A stretch of DNA of 61,004 bases, counting the filler, from Chiloscyllium plagiosum (taxonomy: Eukaryota), in NCBI RefSeq assembly GCF_004010195.1. It is 3 parts of one record of this genome, joined end to end, with 100 filler letters (N's around TTAATTAATTAA, not from the genome) between each part and the next. Parts side by side here need not be neighbours in the genome. Positions count along the whole stretch, not along the records: positions 1 to 18,185 come from NC_057717.1; positions 18,286 to 45,278 come from NC_057717.1; 1 more part is not named here. One strand, 5' to 3'. Positions 12,881-24,608 of this stretch are shown here, one piece after another. Under the pieces are notes generated by a model, which saw nothing but the letters and a program-made list of their open reading frames with translations, ran no database searches and had not been told where the DNA came from. The translations under genes and the position numbers were made by a program. Numbering within the stretch: position 1 is the first letter of the stretch; every line of letters begins with the position of its first letter.

Positions 12881-14420
12881 ACAGGGACCAGACAGGAGAA
12901 GACACTACTCGGAACGCCGAAGACAGATACAGCTGTGCAGCGCAGCCATAAACATCATCTCCCTCAGTCTGACCTGTCTGACTGTCACGCTATGCCTTGC
13001 CAGTAAACAGGGACGAAAGGCGAGACATCTAATAATCCCCTGTGACTTACAGGCCAACACTTTCCTGAGAATGGCCCATGGGTATGCTTAGCGATTTAAC
13101 CGGACTCGATGTTGGGTCTGCACGAGGATCCCCGTCCACTCTCACGGGGCATTCAGTTACCTTCTATCTCCTTCAATATCTCCAACATGGTAGAGGGGTG
13201 GCTGGAACCAAACAGGTCCTCGAAGGTTACCACAATCAAAATATCACCAACAATGGGCATCTATGGGGAGAACAAACCAGCCCGCTGGAGATCTTCGGGG
13301 TGCCACCTGGACAAATTTACAGGGTGGTTTTACCCGACCTACAACGTCTCTGATGAATCCCCAGCCCTAACCATTGCTAACACCACCGAACAGTGGACAC
13401 CTACAGGGTCCATACATTTAAAAAACACACATCCATCTGGATGGGAGGCTGGCTGGAGTCGGTGCACTCACTCCCTGCCTCGAACTCTCTCAGAACAACG
13501 ATCCGCAGCAGAAGGCAGCACATTAAACCTACAGGTCCTCAACAGGGTCACTCAGAATACCAGCATCCTCACCATCTGGAGAGGATCCCAGACCCAGCAT
13601 CTCTGGAGTTACAATGGAACCTGTTTTATCTGTGGCCACAGAACCTACCCCTTGCTGTTGCTGTCCTGGGCTGGCAGCTGGTTTGTCATGTGCGTGGTAC
13701 CATTCATCTGTCACTCCCAGTTCCCTACCGTCCAAAAGCCCGTGACCTGTAGCAAACGAGCCGTCGCTGCCCTTGATGCAGCGCTCTAACTGAAGGCACA
13801 TCCCATGCAACCATGCAGTTTCACATGGAAGCCCACAAACTCACCACCACAATGGAGCAGGTGGCGAACCTCACAGCTGAAGTGCTTAGCCAGCTAAATG
13901 CGAAAGATATTCCAATTCGCAATGTGGCCCTGCAAACCTAGATGGCCATAGACTCCCTGCTCGCTGCAAAACGGGGCACATGCGCCCTCGTTCGTGCTGG
14001 CTGCTGCACTTACATCCCTGAGCCCCGCGAGGGCATCACGTACCTGGCCCAGCCTATCCAGCAGATGCTTCTCTCTTGCATGATCAGGAATACCACTGGG
14101 ACTTATGGGACTGGGCAGTCTCCTGGATGGACTCATGGGGTACAGCCCTGCTACAGGAACTGATTGCCATCCTTGCTATCATTGCCAGAGTGTGGCATTG
14201 GCCATGGCCATCCGACTCTGTGTGCCAGACTACTGCCCTCTGGCCCCCTGACCATTCAGATAAAAAAAAGATCATATGGGGGATCAACCATGCCCCAAGG
14301 CAACGTCTGCAGAGTTGTTCTCAGACACTGAGGGTGAACTGTCTGATATCGAACAACGCCCCCACCCTCCACGCGACAAATCCCCCTGGAGCTGACTACG
14401 TTGCCCCTTTCTCATCCCAC
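12881..14420 (+). pseudogene. env: ERV-A gamma-type env, disrupted
   Basis: Signal-like IISLSLTCLTVTLCLA. CWVC (CxxC) at 13110-13121. YNGTCFICGHRTYP. Degenerate furin site (C)SKR/AV. ISD-like ALQT*MAIDSLLAAKRGTC and CX6CC (CALVRAGCC, 13981-14007). Trp-rich pre-TM segment followed by hydrophobic LIAILAII. Confidence 0.9.
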
Positions 14421-14438
14421 CCTCAAAAAAGGATGAAT

Positions 14439-15188
14439 TGTGGGAAAACATCCTCTACCCTGCAAACCCATAGCATGGCCACGTAGAACAGAGTAAATCA
14501 AGCATGTCCCAACGATGAAATAAATTCCCAGAATGCCTCAGCATTGACAAAGCAGGATGACACGGCAAACCAGACATGTCCATAGTCACTGTCAGACCAG
14601 GCAATACACTTCCAAAGAGAAAGTAACAATGAGCTTCTTGGGGTCGATCAAGACAGCTGTCCCAAAGCCCTAAGGGCAGGTTCATAACCCAATTATACCA
14701 AAGCCACACAAAAGACAGGTTAGATGGAGAGGCACCAGATTACCTCGCTCAGAGAAGAGAAGCAATGGAAACACCTCATTGCTTTAAAAGGAATATTCTC
14801 CCCTACCCTCGAATACCGCAGAGGTCTGATCCCATTTTGTACTGATTGATGCTGCCAGAATGCTGCGTTGTATCTATGTTCAAGATATTCTTCTGATAAC
14901 TATTTTGCGACTACCACCATCCTAACTGGATTCCTTGATTATCAAGATCATTGTTTTTTTTTATTAATTAGCATCATTGAACATGATCTCTCTATATATA
15001 TACAAAAAAAAAACTGGCTTGATTCTCAGTTCGGGGAAGGGGGCGTCGTCAACATGAACAGACTGTCTGTGCTGTTTCAGCTCAGTCATTCTCTCTTCCA
15101 CGGTATCGCTGTGTTAATAAACGTTTTGTAAATTTTTCTTCGCTCTGAGCTTTGTGATCTCTGATTTATTAGGCTAATTTCACCGACA
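14439..15188 (+). repeat. ERV-A copy 1 3' LTR
   Basis: Starts TGTGGGAAAA after purine tract AAAAAAGGATGAA. TATA-like run near 14992-15003, AATAAA at 15116-15121, ends TTTCACCGACA. Aligns to the 5' LTR at 34433-35619. Confidence 0.85.
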
Positions 15189-16425
15189 ATTAGGTTTAAC
15201 TGCCTTCCAAAGTCGATCGAACATGTGCAATAAATGCTGCAGATGCTCCTTCAATAATTGACTGAAAATCATCAATATACACCACACAGTTGGGTAATCT
15301 GCCAATGACCTTATTAGCCAGTCTCTCAAATGTGGCTGGAGAGTTTCTCATAACAAATTGCATGACTCTGAACTGATAAAGTCCATTTGGTGTTCTGATA
15401 TTCAAAATTGACTTTGGTCTCTCCGATAGACGTATTTGCCAGTATCTTCTGAGCAAGTCCAACTTAGAAATGTAAGTTGCTTGTCACAAGGTTTCGATAC
15501 AATCCTCCAACCGTGGAGTTAAATAGGCATCAGACTTTGTAACGGTGTTTACTTTGCGATGCCCGAAAGATATCACCCAGATATCACCTGGCTTTGCCAC
15601 CATGACTATTTGTGAGCTCAAATCACTGTAACTCACTTCTATTATGCATCTTGGAGCATGTGCTCTATCTCCTTCTGAACATGTGCCAACCTTAAAGTGT
15701 TATGTCGATAAAGATGTTGCTTAATCGGAAAAGCATTTCCGACATGCACAACATGCACAATTAGGTTAATACTTCCCAGTTTATTTCTGCATATCTCCTC
15801 ATGTGATATTAATTACTTTTTCAGGTCATTCTGTTCTTTTTGTGGAAGTTAACTGCATAATTCATCTTCATTTTTGTTAACTTCCTCATTACACAATTTG
15901 ATTAGAGGAATGCCCAATTCAGTATCCTTCCATATCAAAATAACTTTTGAGCAAATTCACATGGCACACTGTGTGAGAGCTCGTCCTGTGTAGAATCCTT
16001 ATCAAGCAATTCACCTCACTTTAATAGGTTCCATTAAACCTTGTTATTAAAGACTCACTGGTTACTGGACATAGCACGAATCCCTTCGCCCCAATTGCAA
16101 AATAGCAAATTTGTGATTTCATATTCGTTTCTTGTTTCATTCTATGCTGTTATACTTTTACGTGCTGTCTACCCAACTCTCCAGCTCCAATTAATAGTTC
16201 TCTAAAATTTGACACATAGTCAAAATGGGTGATCTCTTATTTCTGACTTACTTATTTCTCCTTAATCGTTTTTCATGGTCCTCTTACTTAGTGCATAAAA
16301 ATTAATTAAAATGCACTGAATTTAGTCCATTCATTCGGCGCATCTCTTATCGCAAACAGTACAATCAGAACTCCCTTATCCAAATCATCTCGACAATCCT
16401 GAACATTGACATGGTCTTCAGGTGT

Positions 16426-17006
16426 CGGGGTATGATTCTCGCTTCGGCACCTGTGTCCCATTAACCTGCAAGAGGTTACAGGTGAAAATCCCAGACCATC
16501 CCTCCCTTCTTGTCGTGACTTTGGTAAAAATACCCGACTTGGAAGTGGCATCGAGGTCATGACGCCGAAAGATGCCTGCATACCTGGCAGTAGAAATGGC
16601 TGTGGGAGGAGCTTTTGCTAAGGTATGATTGAGATGTCGGTCAATCACCTCCTCCTACAAGTCCTCTCCACCGCAGGGAGTGAAGTGTATTATTTACCCC
16701 TTCAACTCTATTTTGATTTGATCCCTGCCGTCCCCCTCACTATTTGATCATGCAGCATTGCTCTCTGAGAAGCACACTGCTTGTCACGGACCACTCAGAT
16801 ATTTCCTTTCTTCCTGGTAGTGGATATTGAATTAAGGTTTGTGTACCTGTTGTTTTTCACTGTGTCTCACACACGCACACACACACAATGGTCGCTGAGG
16901 AAAATGTAAGCACGAGAGCAGTTAGGCGGTAGTGTGTGGGTTTCAAAAAAAAGGCAAAAAGTATACGCAGGAGATTTAGAGTCTCAAAAAAAAAACACAG
17001 TCTGCT
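16426..17006 (+). mobile_element. 5'-truncated non-LTR insertion with a Tx1-like 3' end, inside the Gmr1 integrase
   Basis: Splits IN between EKWHQT and LKTM. GTGT flanks both sides (16422-25, 17007-10). PQGVKCIIYPFNSILI* resembles a Tx1 ORF2 C-terminus (recalled). The 3' UTR has A-rich tails. Confidence 0.6.
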
Positions 17007-18185
17007 GTGTTTGATGCCATTTCTCTCACGCTGCCTGTGATTCTGGACGGTACGCAGTAGATTTGAATTGCTTTATTAACAAGTTACCCACAACATCCTT
17101 GCAGACTTTGGATGTGAAGTTTGCTCCTTGATCTGACGGGATCTCTTTTGGCTGTTCGGATCTGGTTAAAAACGAAGTAATTCTTCTAACCTCCTTTTGC
17201 TGCGATGTTGCATAATGGAATTGCCTCTGGAAATCGAGACTAAACATCCAATATTGTTAATACAGACTTGTTCTCACATTTTCTTCGAGGTACGGAACCA
17301 GCACAATCAAACAAGACTTTTGTGAAAGATTCCTCAAATGCTGGAAACGATATTAACCGTGCCGGTTTTATTATTGACTATCGATTTCCGATTACCTGAC
17401 ATGTATGACACGTCTGGCAAAATTCAACGACATCCTTATGTAGTCCAGGCCAGTAAAAATACCTTTGTATTTTCCACAACCCTAAATGACCTCCAAATGA
17501 TAGCTCATGCGCCAGTTGCAGCACTTCTTCCCTATGACTAAAGGCAACACTATTTGATAAATATCTGCCCATTTCTCATCTGTTTGAATGTGTGATTGTC
17601 TCCATTTCCTCGTTGATACGTCATATTTAAGTAATAACACAGAGGGAAGCATTCACTCTGCGTCTCTACACAAGCCTTTTAATATAAATGTTTTAACTTC
17701 GCATCTTTCTGCTGTAATTCAATCAGCTTAGCAGGGCTAAAGATACTTGTTTTTTTGTCTATTTGCTCTTTCTTTGTTCCAATTGTTTGTTCAAAAATTT
17801 CTCGGTAAAGCTATGTCAGCTTCCTTATTTGTGATTTTTGTAACCGCCTGCATCAGCTTGTGCGTCTGTGATCTTGTTATAAAGTCAGCGAAAATTCATG
17901 GATAAACATTTTCCATATCTTCAGTTTCCTGCGCCTCCACTGGCTTTTCAACTAGAGTAGGCAGCACGCCTACCGGTGCATCAGCTATATCATTTGCACG
18001 TACAAGTTGTATTCATGTATTTGAGAGTTTTTCCAGTACTGCGACCACAAATTCTTCACACTCTCTGGACTCTCTAGCCTCACTTTATATAACTGAGCAC
18101 TTTTTTGTATTCATGTATTCATGTTACCAGCACCTTTTCTGGAATGAGTCACTCAGGAGAACATATCTCCTCATCTTTCAGCATT

Positions 18186-18285
18186 NNNNNNNNNNNNNNN
18201 NNNNNNNNNNNNNNNNNNNNNNNNNNNNNTTAATTAATTAANNNNNNNNNNNNNNNNNNNNNNNNNNNNNNNNNNNNNNNNNNNN
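18186..18285. other. Synthetic scaffold linker (44 N + TTAATTAATTAA + 44 N)
   Basis: Exact 100-bp symmetric construct, repeated identically at 45279-45378. Confidence 0.95.
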
Positions 18286-19264
18286 GCCCCACATGCAAGT
18301 TTCGTTTGGATCAATAAAACTCACATTGCGCCATCCACTACATTTGTTTAGCCACCTTTTCAATTGAGATGAAAAAGGCGTCCACATCCTTCTCATCAAA
18401 TTTAGACCACGCTTGAACATACTTAACCACTTTCTTAATAGGCTTCGGACGACCAGGGGTTTGCTCATCCTCACCCATTTCATCAGTAAGCCTCCCCTTC
18501 GCTTTAATCTCCAGCCTTTTAAACTGACTTTCCTTTTAAATTGTCAGTTTTTGAAGTTGAAAAGCTCTCTCTTTTTCTTTCTCTGTTCTCTCTTCTCCCT
18601 CCGTTCTGCCGAGTCTCTCTTTTTCGTTCTGTTCTGCTGCTCCCTCTTTTATCCTCGTTTCTACTTTTAATCGTAACTCAAATTGTTTTATTTTTGCTCC
18701 CCTTTCCTTATCGCTCACGTCTGACTCAACCTGCTTCATTTACAATTGAATTCTTGCCAATTCTATAGATTCTGATGGTTTCTCCGGCAAATTTAATGCT
18801 GTGCTCCTGCTGTAATTATTCATCCTTTCCTCACAACCGCAGACACTTTCAATTGCAGCTTCTCTGCTAATTCTTGCAACTTGTTGCTATTCACCGCATC
18901 CACATACAGACAACTTTGGTCAACTAAAAGAGCCATTACTTTCCCAAACTCTGTCTACCCAACTGAACCAAAACCTGAAATAATGACACTCGCATCGGCC
19001 ACGCGCTGCTTTAAATGCCGGAGGAGTCCTAGGAGGTGTCATGGACTCAGCCAGACTATTCTTTGCAATTTATTTCGGTGAAAATTACCTTGACTAAGTT
19101 AGCTTGGTTGCCTACTAGATATTAAAACAGACAAAATGTATTCCCGAAATTCCACAACCAATCACAAAGAACAGAATGAAGGACTCCCACGGAACTCAGT
19201 TTATTCAAACTAGACTATTTCGTGCTGTTCTGAATATACACAACGGTCCCAATAATAAAGCTCC

Positions 19265-20100
19265 ATTGCATGGGTTGAGGACGGTAATGATAAAGATAAA
19301 CTGCACCAGAAAAAGGAGCAAGTGAAGGGGTTAATCAAGGAATGGCGGAACGAGTGGAAGATGTTCCAGGAGGCAGTGGAAAAAAAACCGAAACACAAAA
19401 CGGAGAAATTGGAAGAAGAACTCAGTTTACAGCGGACAGTACACGGGCAAAAACAGCATGAGGAGTTTCACAACAATAAACAGAGTCTTGAAGTGTGTCA
19501 AAGGGAAAGTGACCCATGGAAGTGGCAAAAGGAAGTAGAACAGTGCGTTCAGAGGAGGACCATAAGGCAACCAGCAGAAGACTGATGGGATGACTTGGAG
19601 ATGGAATCAGGATCAAGATCAGAAGGAAACTCCCTGGATTAGCATGATAGCAGGAAGAAAGAGCTCCCACATGTAAACAGAATGATGTTTTCGCTCATAC
19701 GAAAGTTGGGAGGGAGTCGGACAGTCACGATATATTCCCTGGGGACCCAGGATCTGGACGGGCTGAGAAATCCATTGCCCAGTATACATGAATGTGGAGG
19801 GAACTGGATTAAAACCTTTGAAGATGGTTAAAGTATTTGGAAAATTTTCACTTGTGTGTGCGAGAGAGCGAGAGACAGACAGAGAGACTGACTCAGCTTT
19901 GATTTCCTGCAGCTTGCCGAATGGTTAAACCGTTGTGCTCTAGTTTGACTGCATATTTGTTTGTTGGTGATTGAATTTTTGTGATTTTGTTTTCTTGGAG
20001 CTCGAGATCCAGGAGTGATATGAATTTAATTTGCACTTTGGGAATTTAAGGTGATATTTTGTAAAGTTTTTTTTAAGTAGCCATGTATGTTTATGAAACA
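19265..20100 (+). mobile_element. Fragments of an ERV-B-related provirus (gag piece, then leader piece)
   Basis: 19732-19826 reads YIPWG(T)QDLDGLRNPLPSIHECGGNWIKTFED and matches ERV-B gag at about 30389-30480. 19850-20070 aligns to the ERV-B leader at 28975-29140 (shared GAGCTCGAGATCCA and GGAATTTAAG). Confidence 0.72.
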
Positions 20101-20922
20101 AAGGTTGTGTAAAATAAAATGATATAAATGAAATATTAACCCACAATTTCTTCTTACAGACCATGACTGCTCTACTGTTAATTTCCAACTGGTTACAGTT
20201 TATGTTTACATAAAAGCCAAACTTATTTAAATTTGAATCAGTTCAATATGGAGGGTGATGACATTTCAATTTGACACCGGTATGAACCTGCTGTCAAAAC
20301 CCTCATTATTTGAAGCCATTGCCAAATTTCAATTTGACCCCTTTTTGATCTCATTGGCTTAATCAAAGATTTAAATAAAGGCAGTAAACACAGTAGCCCT
20401 GTAAACCCTGGCCTCAGCAGGTGCCTGCTTTTTAAAATAATAATCCAGAAGTAACATTGAGAAAAATCACCTCAGCCTTTAACATTTGCTTATTTAGTGG
20501 AGAGATTACATGAACTTTATGCAATTTAGTTTAGTTAAAAACACGGAACTGAAAGTATAACGATAGATCCCAAATATCCAAAACGAACAACGTTTTTTTT
20601 TCAGAAAATGATACTGGCAGATTTTTTTGTTTGTTTGTTTCGGACTCGCATGTCTCTATTCAATCTAAAGACTGCTGCAGCTCATTGATGATTATGGAGT
20701 GCCAGTTGTAGTTTTTTGTATTAATCACTTCTAAAATGTATTATTTACTGCCTCAGTTTCCACCTCTGAGTTACACCGATTTGTTATGTTAGTTATTATT
20801 TTTAAAGGCCCAATTGTGTTAGCCCTGTATCACAAAACCGGAATCCGTTGTCAGGTTTGATTGGTTTTATACATTTTCAAATTTCCATTGATCTGTGTCA
20901 TTGCCTCGTGGTTATTTTGAAG

Positions 20923-21981
20923 CATGGCTGCATTGAGTAATTATTAATTAAAGAAAGGAAAGATAAAGCGGATATGAAACAAAAATATATCTTCCTGATC
21001 AGTTGAAGGAATTCTGCATGTGATCCGGTAATAGAGGCTTCTCCACCTGATCGAACTCCCCAAAGCTGGGAGAAGCTAAAGGCTGAGTCTGAAAGGTCAG
21101 CTTAAAAAGAAAGGGAAAAGAAGAAACAGTGTAAGGCCACTAGGGCTCAGGAATGTGAATTAGGGTAAAAACAACAATGCTTTTTTTTAAAAAAATCAAT
21201 CCTCAAAATTCCGAGCCTATGTCAGGCACACCTATCCTATTTGAGGATGGTGATGCCACTGATGGGGATTTTATTCCAGGATACCCACTGAGCCCCTAAC
21301 AATTTCTGATTCTCCCCAGAAAACCGCCTCATTACAATCTTTCCTTATTTTGAAAATGAAACGTCCAGTCTTCAAAGCCAATATATTGGGGATGAGTGGC
21401 CTGAACCATTTGAAACCAGGGGCCATCCCGAGAATCAGAGTAATGTGAATCAGCATGCCCCGACCACAAGAACAAACTAGCCCAATTTGCTCAGTATGTT
21501 CAAAGGATGATACATATGTACAGGCAGTAAAATTCTCAGAGTGGCCTGAATACGCATGGCGTGTGTTATCCGGTTGAAATAAGTGGTCATCTGTCTGACA
21601 GAAGAGTTATACAGCCCTTGAGTCAAAAATAATCGAAAAGCTGACTCATGCTTGTTAAATCTTATGTTTTTGCTCTGTATTCCTTCGAGTGTCACTGACA
21701 TGATTCGAAAAACAATATAAAGCAGTCCGGGATTTTACAGTCGCAAATGAGGTAAATGGTAGTTTGCTATTGGATTGGCCTGAACCAGACTGAAACACGA
21801 TCGAATTGGCAGGTGAAATCGTATATGTCAAACGCCGTCGTTCTTGCCAGTCCTGGCAGGGTGGAGTCGGACCAAGATACCCCCGGGGAGGAACCGACTC
21901 AAATTCCCGCCCAGCAGTCATTGCTGAGCAACCCATTCCCGAGGATACGCTGAAATGCGGACAGCCAGGCCCCGGGGCTAC
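20923..21981 (+). pseudogene. Possible decayed gag of an unidentified LTR element
   Basis: Purine-rich broken reading frames ending in an R/G-rich stretch and KCGQPGP (like CxxCGQPGH) just before the gap. Confidence 0.35.
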
Positions 21982-22481
21982 NNNNNNNNNNNNNNNNNNN
22001 NNNNNNNNNNNNNNNNNNNNNNNNNNNNNNNNNNNNNNNNNNNNNNNNNNNNNNNNNNNNNNNNNNNNNNNNNNNNNNNNNNNNNNNNNNNNNNNNNNNN
22101 NNNNNNNNNNNNNNNNNNNNNNNNNNNNNNNNNNNNNNNNNNNNNNNNNNNNNNNNNNNNNNNNNNNNNNNNNNNNNNNNNNNNNNNNNNNNNNNNNNNN
22201 NNNNNNNNNNNNNNNNNNNNNNNNNNNNNNNNNNNNNNNNNNNNNNNNNNNNNNNNNNNNNNNNNNNNNNNNNNNNNNNNNNNNNNNNNNNNNNNNNNNN
22301 NNNNNNNNNNNNNNNNNNNNNNNNNNNNNNNNNNNNNNNNNNNNNNNNNNNNNNNNNNNNNNNNNNNNNNNNNNNNNNNNNNNNNNNNNNNNNNNNNNNN
22401 NNNNNNNNNNNNNNNNNNNNNNNNNNNNNNNNNNNNNNNNNNNNNNNNNNNNNNNNNNNNNNNNNNNNNNNNNNNNNNNNN

Positions 22482-24290
22482 AAATCATGATATTGTGCCT
22501 TGGTTTATGATCAGTCTAACATCCATCACCATTAGTTAGATATTTGAAGCATGCTAAATTGTCCCTTGGGGCATGTACAATACTTTAAAATGAGAAAATG
22601 CCCTCCACAAGACTACATGATAATCCCTGGACAATTAAATATTTCCAGTGATGAGCTTAAATCAGACATCACATTCATAGGTTTCTGTAATAATGCCATA
22701 CATGCATCCAGTGCTTCTGTTATTCCAAACGGTTGTCGTCGTGTTGCGCTGTCCTATTTTGGGGTCGATGATGACAATAGTAACAAGTCTTGAGGCTTAG
22801 TCATTTAATCATATTTTGGCAATACATACAATTTTACCCATTTTCAAGTGCCACCAATATTACTATTTAGGAATCCCTTTAACATCTACGTATACGCATA
22901 TATCACCTGTAATAATGGCCTCACATGGTCCAGTCCACTGTGGTAACAATCCGTTTTGTCCCGTAAGAGTCGAGCCATAAGGTGGTCTTCTGGGTTTTGT
23001 TTATCCCTCATCAAATAACTTTCTTTCATTTCTAATCCCTGTCCATATCTTCCGTCTCCAATCCATGCAGTTACATATCAGATTTTTGCACAATCTGGTA
23101 AACTCTGCCTGTGACGTTACAAACATCTCCCGTTCATCAACTCAAATGGGGTTATATCTTTCCCCCAGAATACATCTAAGTTGCGGTCAGCACCCTTGTC
23201 CAGGCAACTTCTGTTTCCATCAGTGCATTTGCAAAACTATTCTTGAGCATCAGATTCAAACGCTCTGCTATACGTGAACTCAGAGGCTGAGTTGGTAAAT
23301 TGAAGTTTTGCTTAAACCTGAGAATGGCACACATGCATTTTTAGTCCTTTCTGTATAAACTGTGTCCCATGTTTCAGTGATCATGTGAGTGCATGACACG
23401 TCACAGTATTTTTCTATCTCCTCATATTCGTGCTATGGCTTCTGCTGAGCAGTCCATCCATAGGAATGTTTCTCACCACTTCGGAAATCTCTCTTGGAGA
23501 ACTTGGTGATACACTTTCCCTGTGAATGTGGGAGTGAACGATATATTTATTATGGATATGTTCCCAAGGGCTTCGGTTTTGGGGCTCATACTCAACACTT
23601 ATTTTGGGAGACCCTCCTGGCTCACATGGAGCAAATATCGTACATCTCTGGCAGAACTTCACAATGCCCCTTCCCATTCCAAGGCACCATCAGTAACTAG
23701 TTACCTGATGTTGCATTTTGTCTCTTATAGTATATGCAGATCAATGATATGTCCTCAGTAGTGTTTTAAAACTCGACGAGCAATGTAATTCGAATCTGCA
23801 TTCTCCAAACACCAGTCTCCCATTTCATGTTGTTAATTTTTCGAATCCCAGCAGCTCCTCCTGTTAAACGCCAACTTTAATCCTATTTTTATGATTTCAT
23901 TGAATTATTGTATGTTAACAACCACAGGTCGAAACATATTTTGTTGTTTGGCAATTTAGCTATCTCTCTCCTCCAAATGGCTCTGCTCGGTGTCGAATAC
24001 CTCTGTCAGGCAATGTACTGTAAGGGCAATTAAAAATGTTTCATCAACATGATGCGTTCAGACATATCTCGTAAGGACTTCTTGATTTTTTTTTCCAACT
24101 GGTCTATCGGAGTTGAATGATAGCCAGTCTATTTTCTGAACTTGTTTTTTACCCAGAGTGAGCTTATGCTCTGTTAATGTATTGTACAAAATACTACTTA
24201 ATAGCTAACTAATCTAGTAAAGTATATAGTATTCCAATAGAGTTACCCCAAGCCAATTATTTTCTTTATTCTTTTTGATATTATATTTGA
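22482..24290 (-). pseudogene. RNase H-integrase of a third LTR element (class III/spuma-like retrovirus or Gypsy), with a possible env start
   Basis: Minus strand: GMGRGIVKFCQRCTIFA (HHCC zinc finger), PWEHI..YI(G)SLPHSQGK, RFPKW*ETF, KQNFNLPTQPLSSRIAERLNLMLKNS, and C-terminal PQWTGPCEAIITGDICV. Confidence 0.72.
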
Positions 24291-24301
24291 ACGCTATTTA
24301 C

Positions 24302-24608
24302 AGATTAGGTTAGATTACTTACAGTGTGTAAACAGGCCCTTCGGCCCAACAAGTCCACACTGACCCGTCGAAGCGTAAACCACCCATTACCGTACATTCA
24401 TCCCTTTACCTAACAATACGGGAAATTTAGCATGGCCAATTCACCTGACGTGCACATCTTTGTGACTGTGGGAGGAAACCGGAGCATCCGGAGGAAACCC
24501 ACGCAGACACGGGGAGAACGTGCAAACTCCACACAGTCAGTCGCCTGAGTCGGGAATTGAACCCGGGTCTCTGGCGCTGTGAGGCAGCACTGTGCCACCG
24601 TGCCACCC
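24302..24608 (-). mobile_element. HE1-type V-SINE, near full length
   Basis: tRNA-like head GGTGGCACGGTGGCACAGTG...GGGTTCAATTCC. V-domain GTGTGGAGTTTGCACGTTCTCCCCGTGTCTGCGTGGGTTTCCTCCGG. CR1-type tail GGGCCGAAGGGCCTGTTT...TAATCTAA. Confidence 0.92.

Larger units (their letters stand above)
7247..15188 (+). mobile_element. ERV-A copy 1: decayed class I (gamma/epsilon-like) endogenous retrovirus; most of the 5' LTR is lost at the gap
   Basis: Ordered parts: LTR 3' remnant 7247-7346, PBS-like TGG at 7351, gag, TAG, pro, RT (YVDD), RNaseH, IN, gamma-type env, PPT 14425-14437, 3' LTR 14439-15188. Confidence 0.93.
15190..19260 (-). mobile_element. Gmr1-clade Gypsy LTR retrotransposon (gag-PR-IN-RT order), decayed; RT truncated at the ERV-A LTR
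   Basis: Minus strand order: LTR end CCATGACA at 19037; gag with KFDEKDVDAFFISIEKVA (about 18410-18350); protease region about 18180-17900; IN with AHELSFGGHLG, YWPGLHKDVVEFCQTCHTCQ, SDQGANFTS, STAYRPESQ, LFAIRDAPNE (17600-16000); then RT with DLLRRYWQI, TPNGLYQFRVMQF, CVVYIDD (15750-15190). Confidence 0.88.

Noticed and set aside
12881..14420. Co-opted syncytin-like env gene
   Set aside because: Multiple stops and frameshifts in both copies, a stop in the ISD region, a degenerate furin site and an apparently deleted fusion peptide.
24540..24608. tRNA gene (B-box GGTTCAATTCC on the minus strand)
   Set aside because: It is the tRNA-derived head of an HE1 SINE and has no complete cloverleaf.
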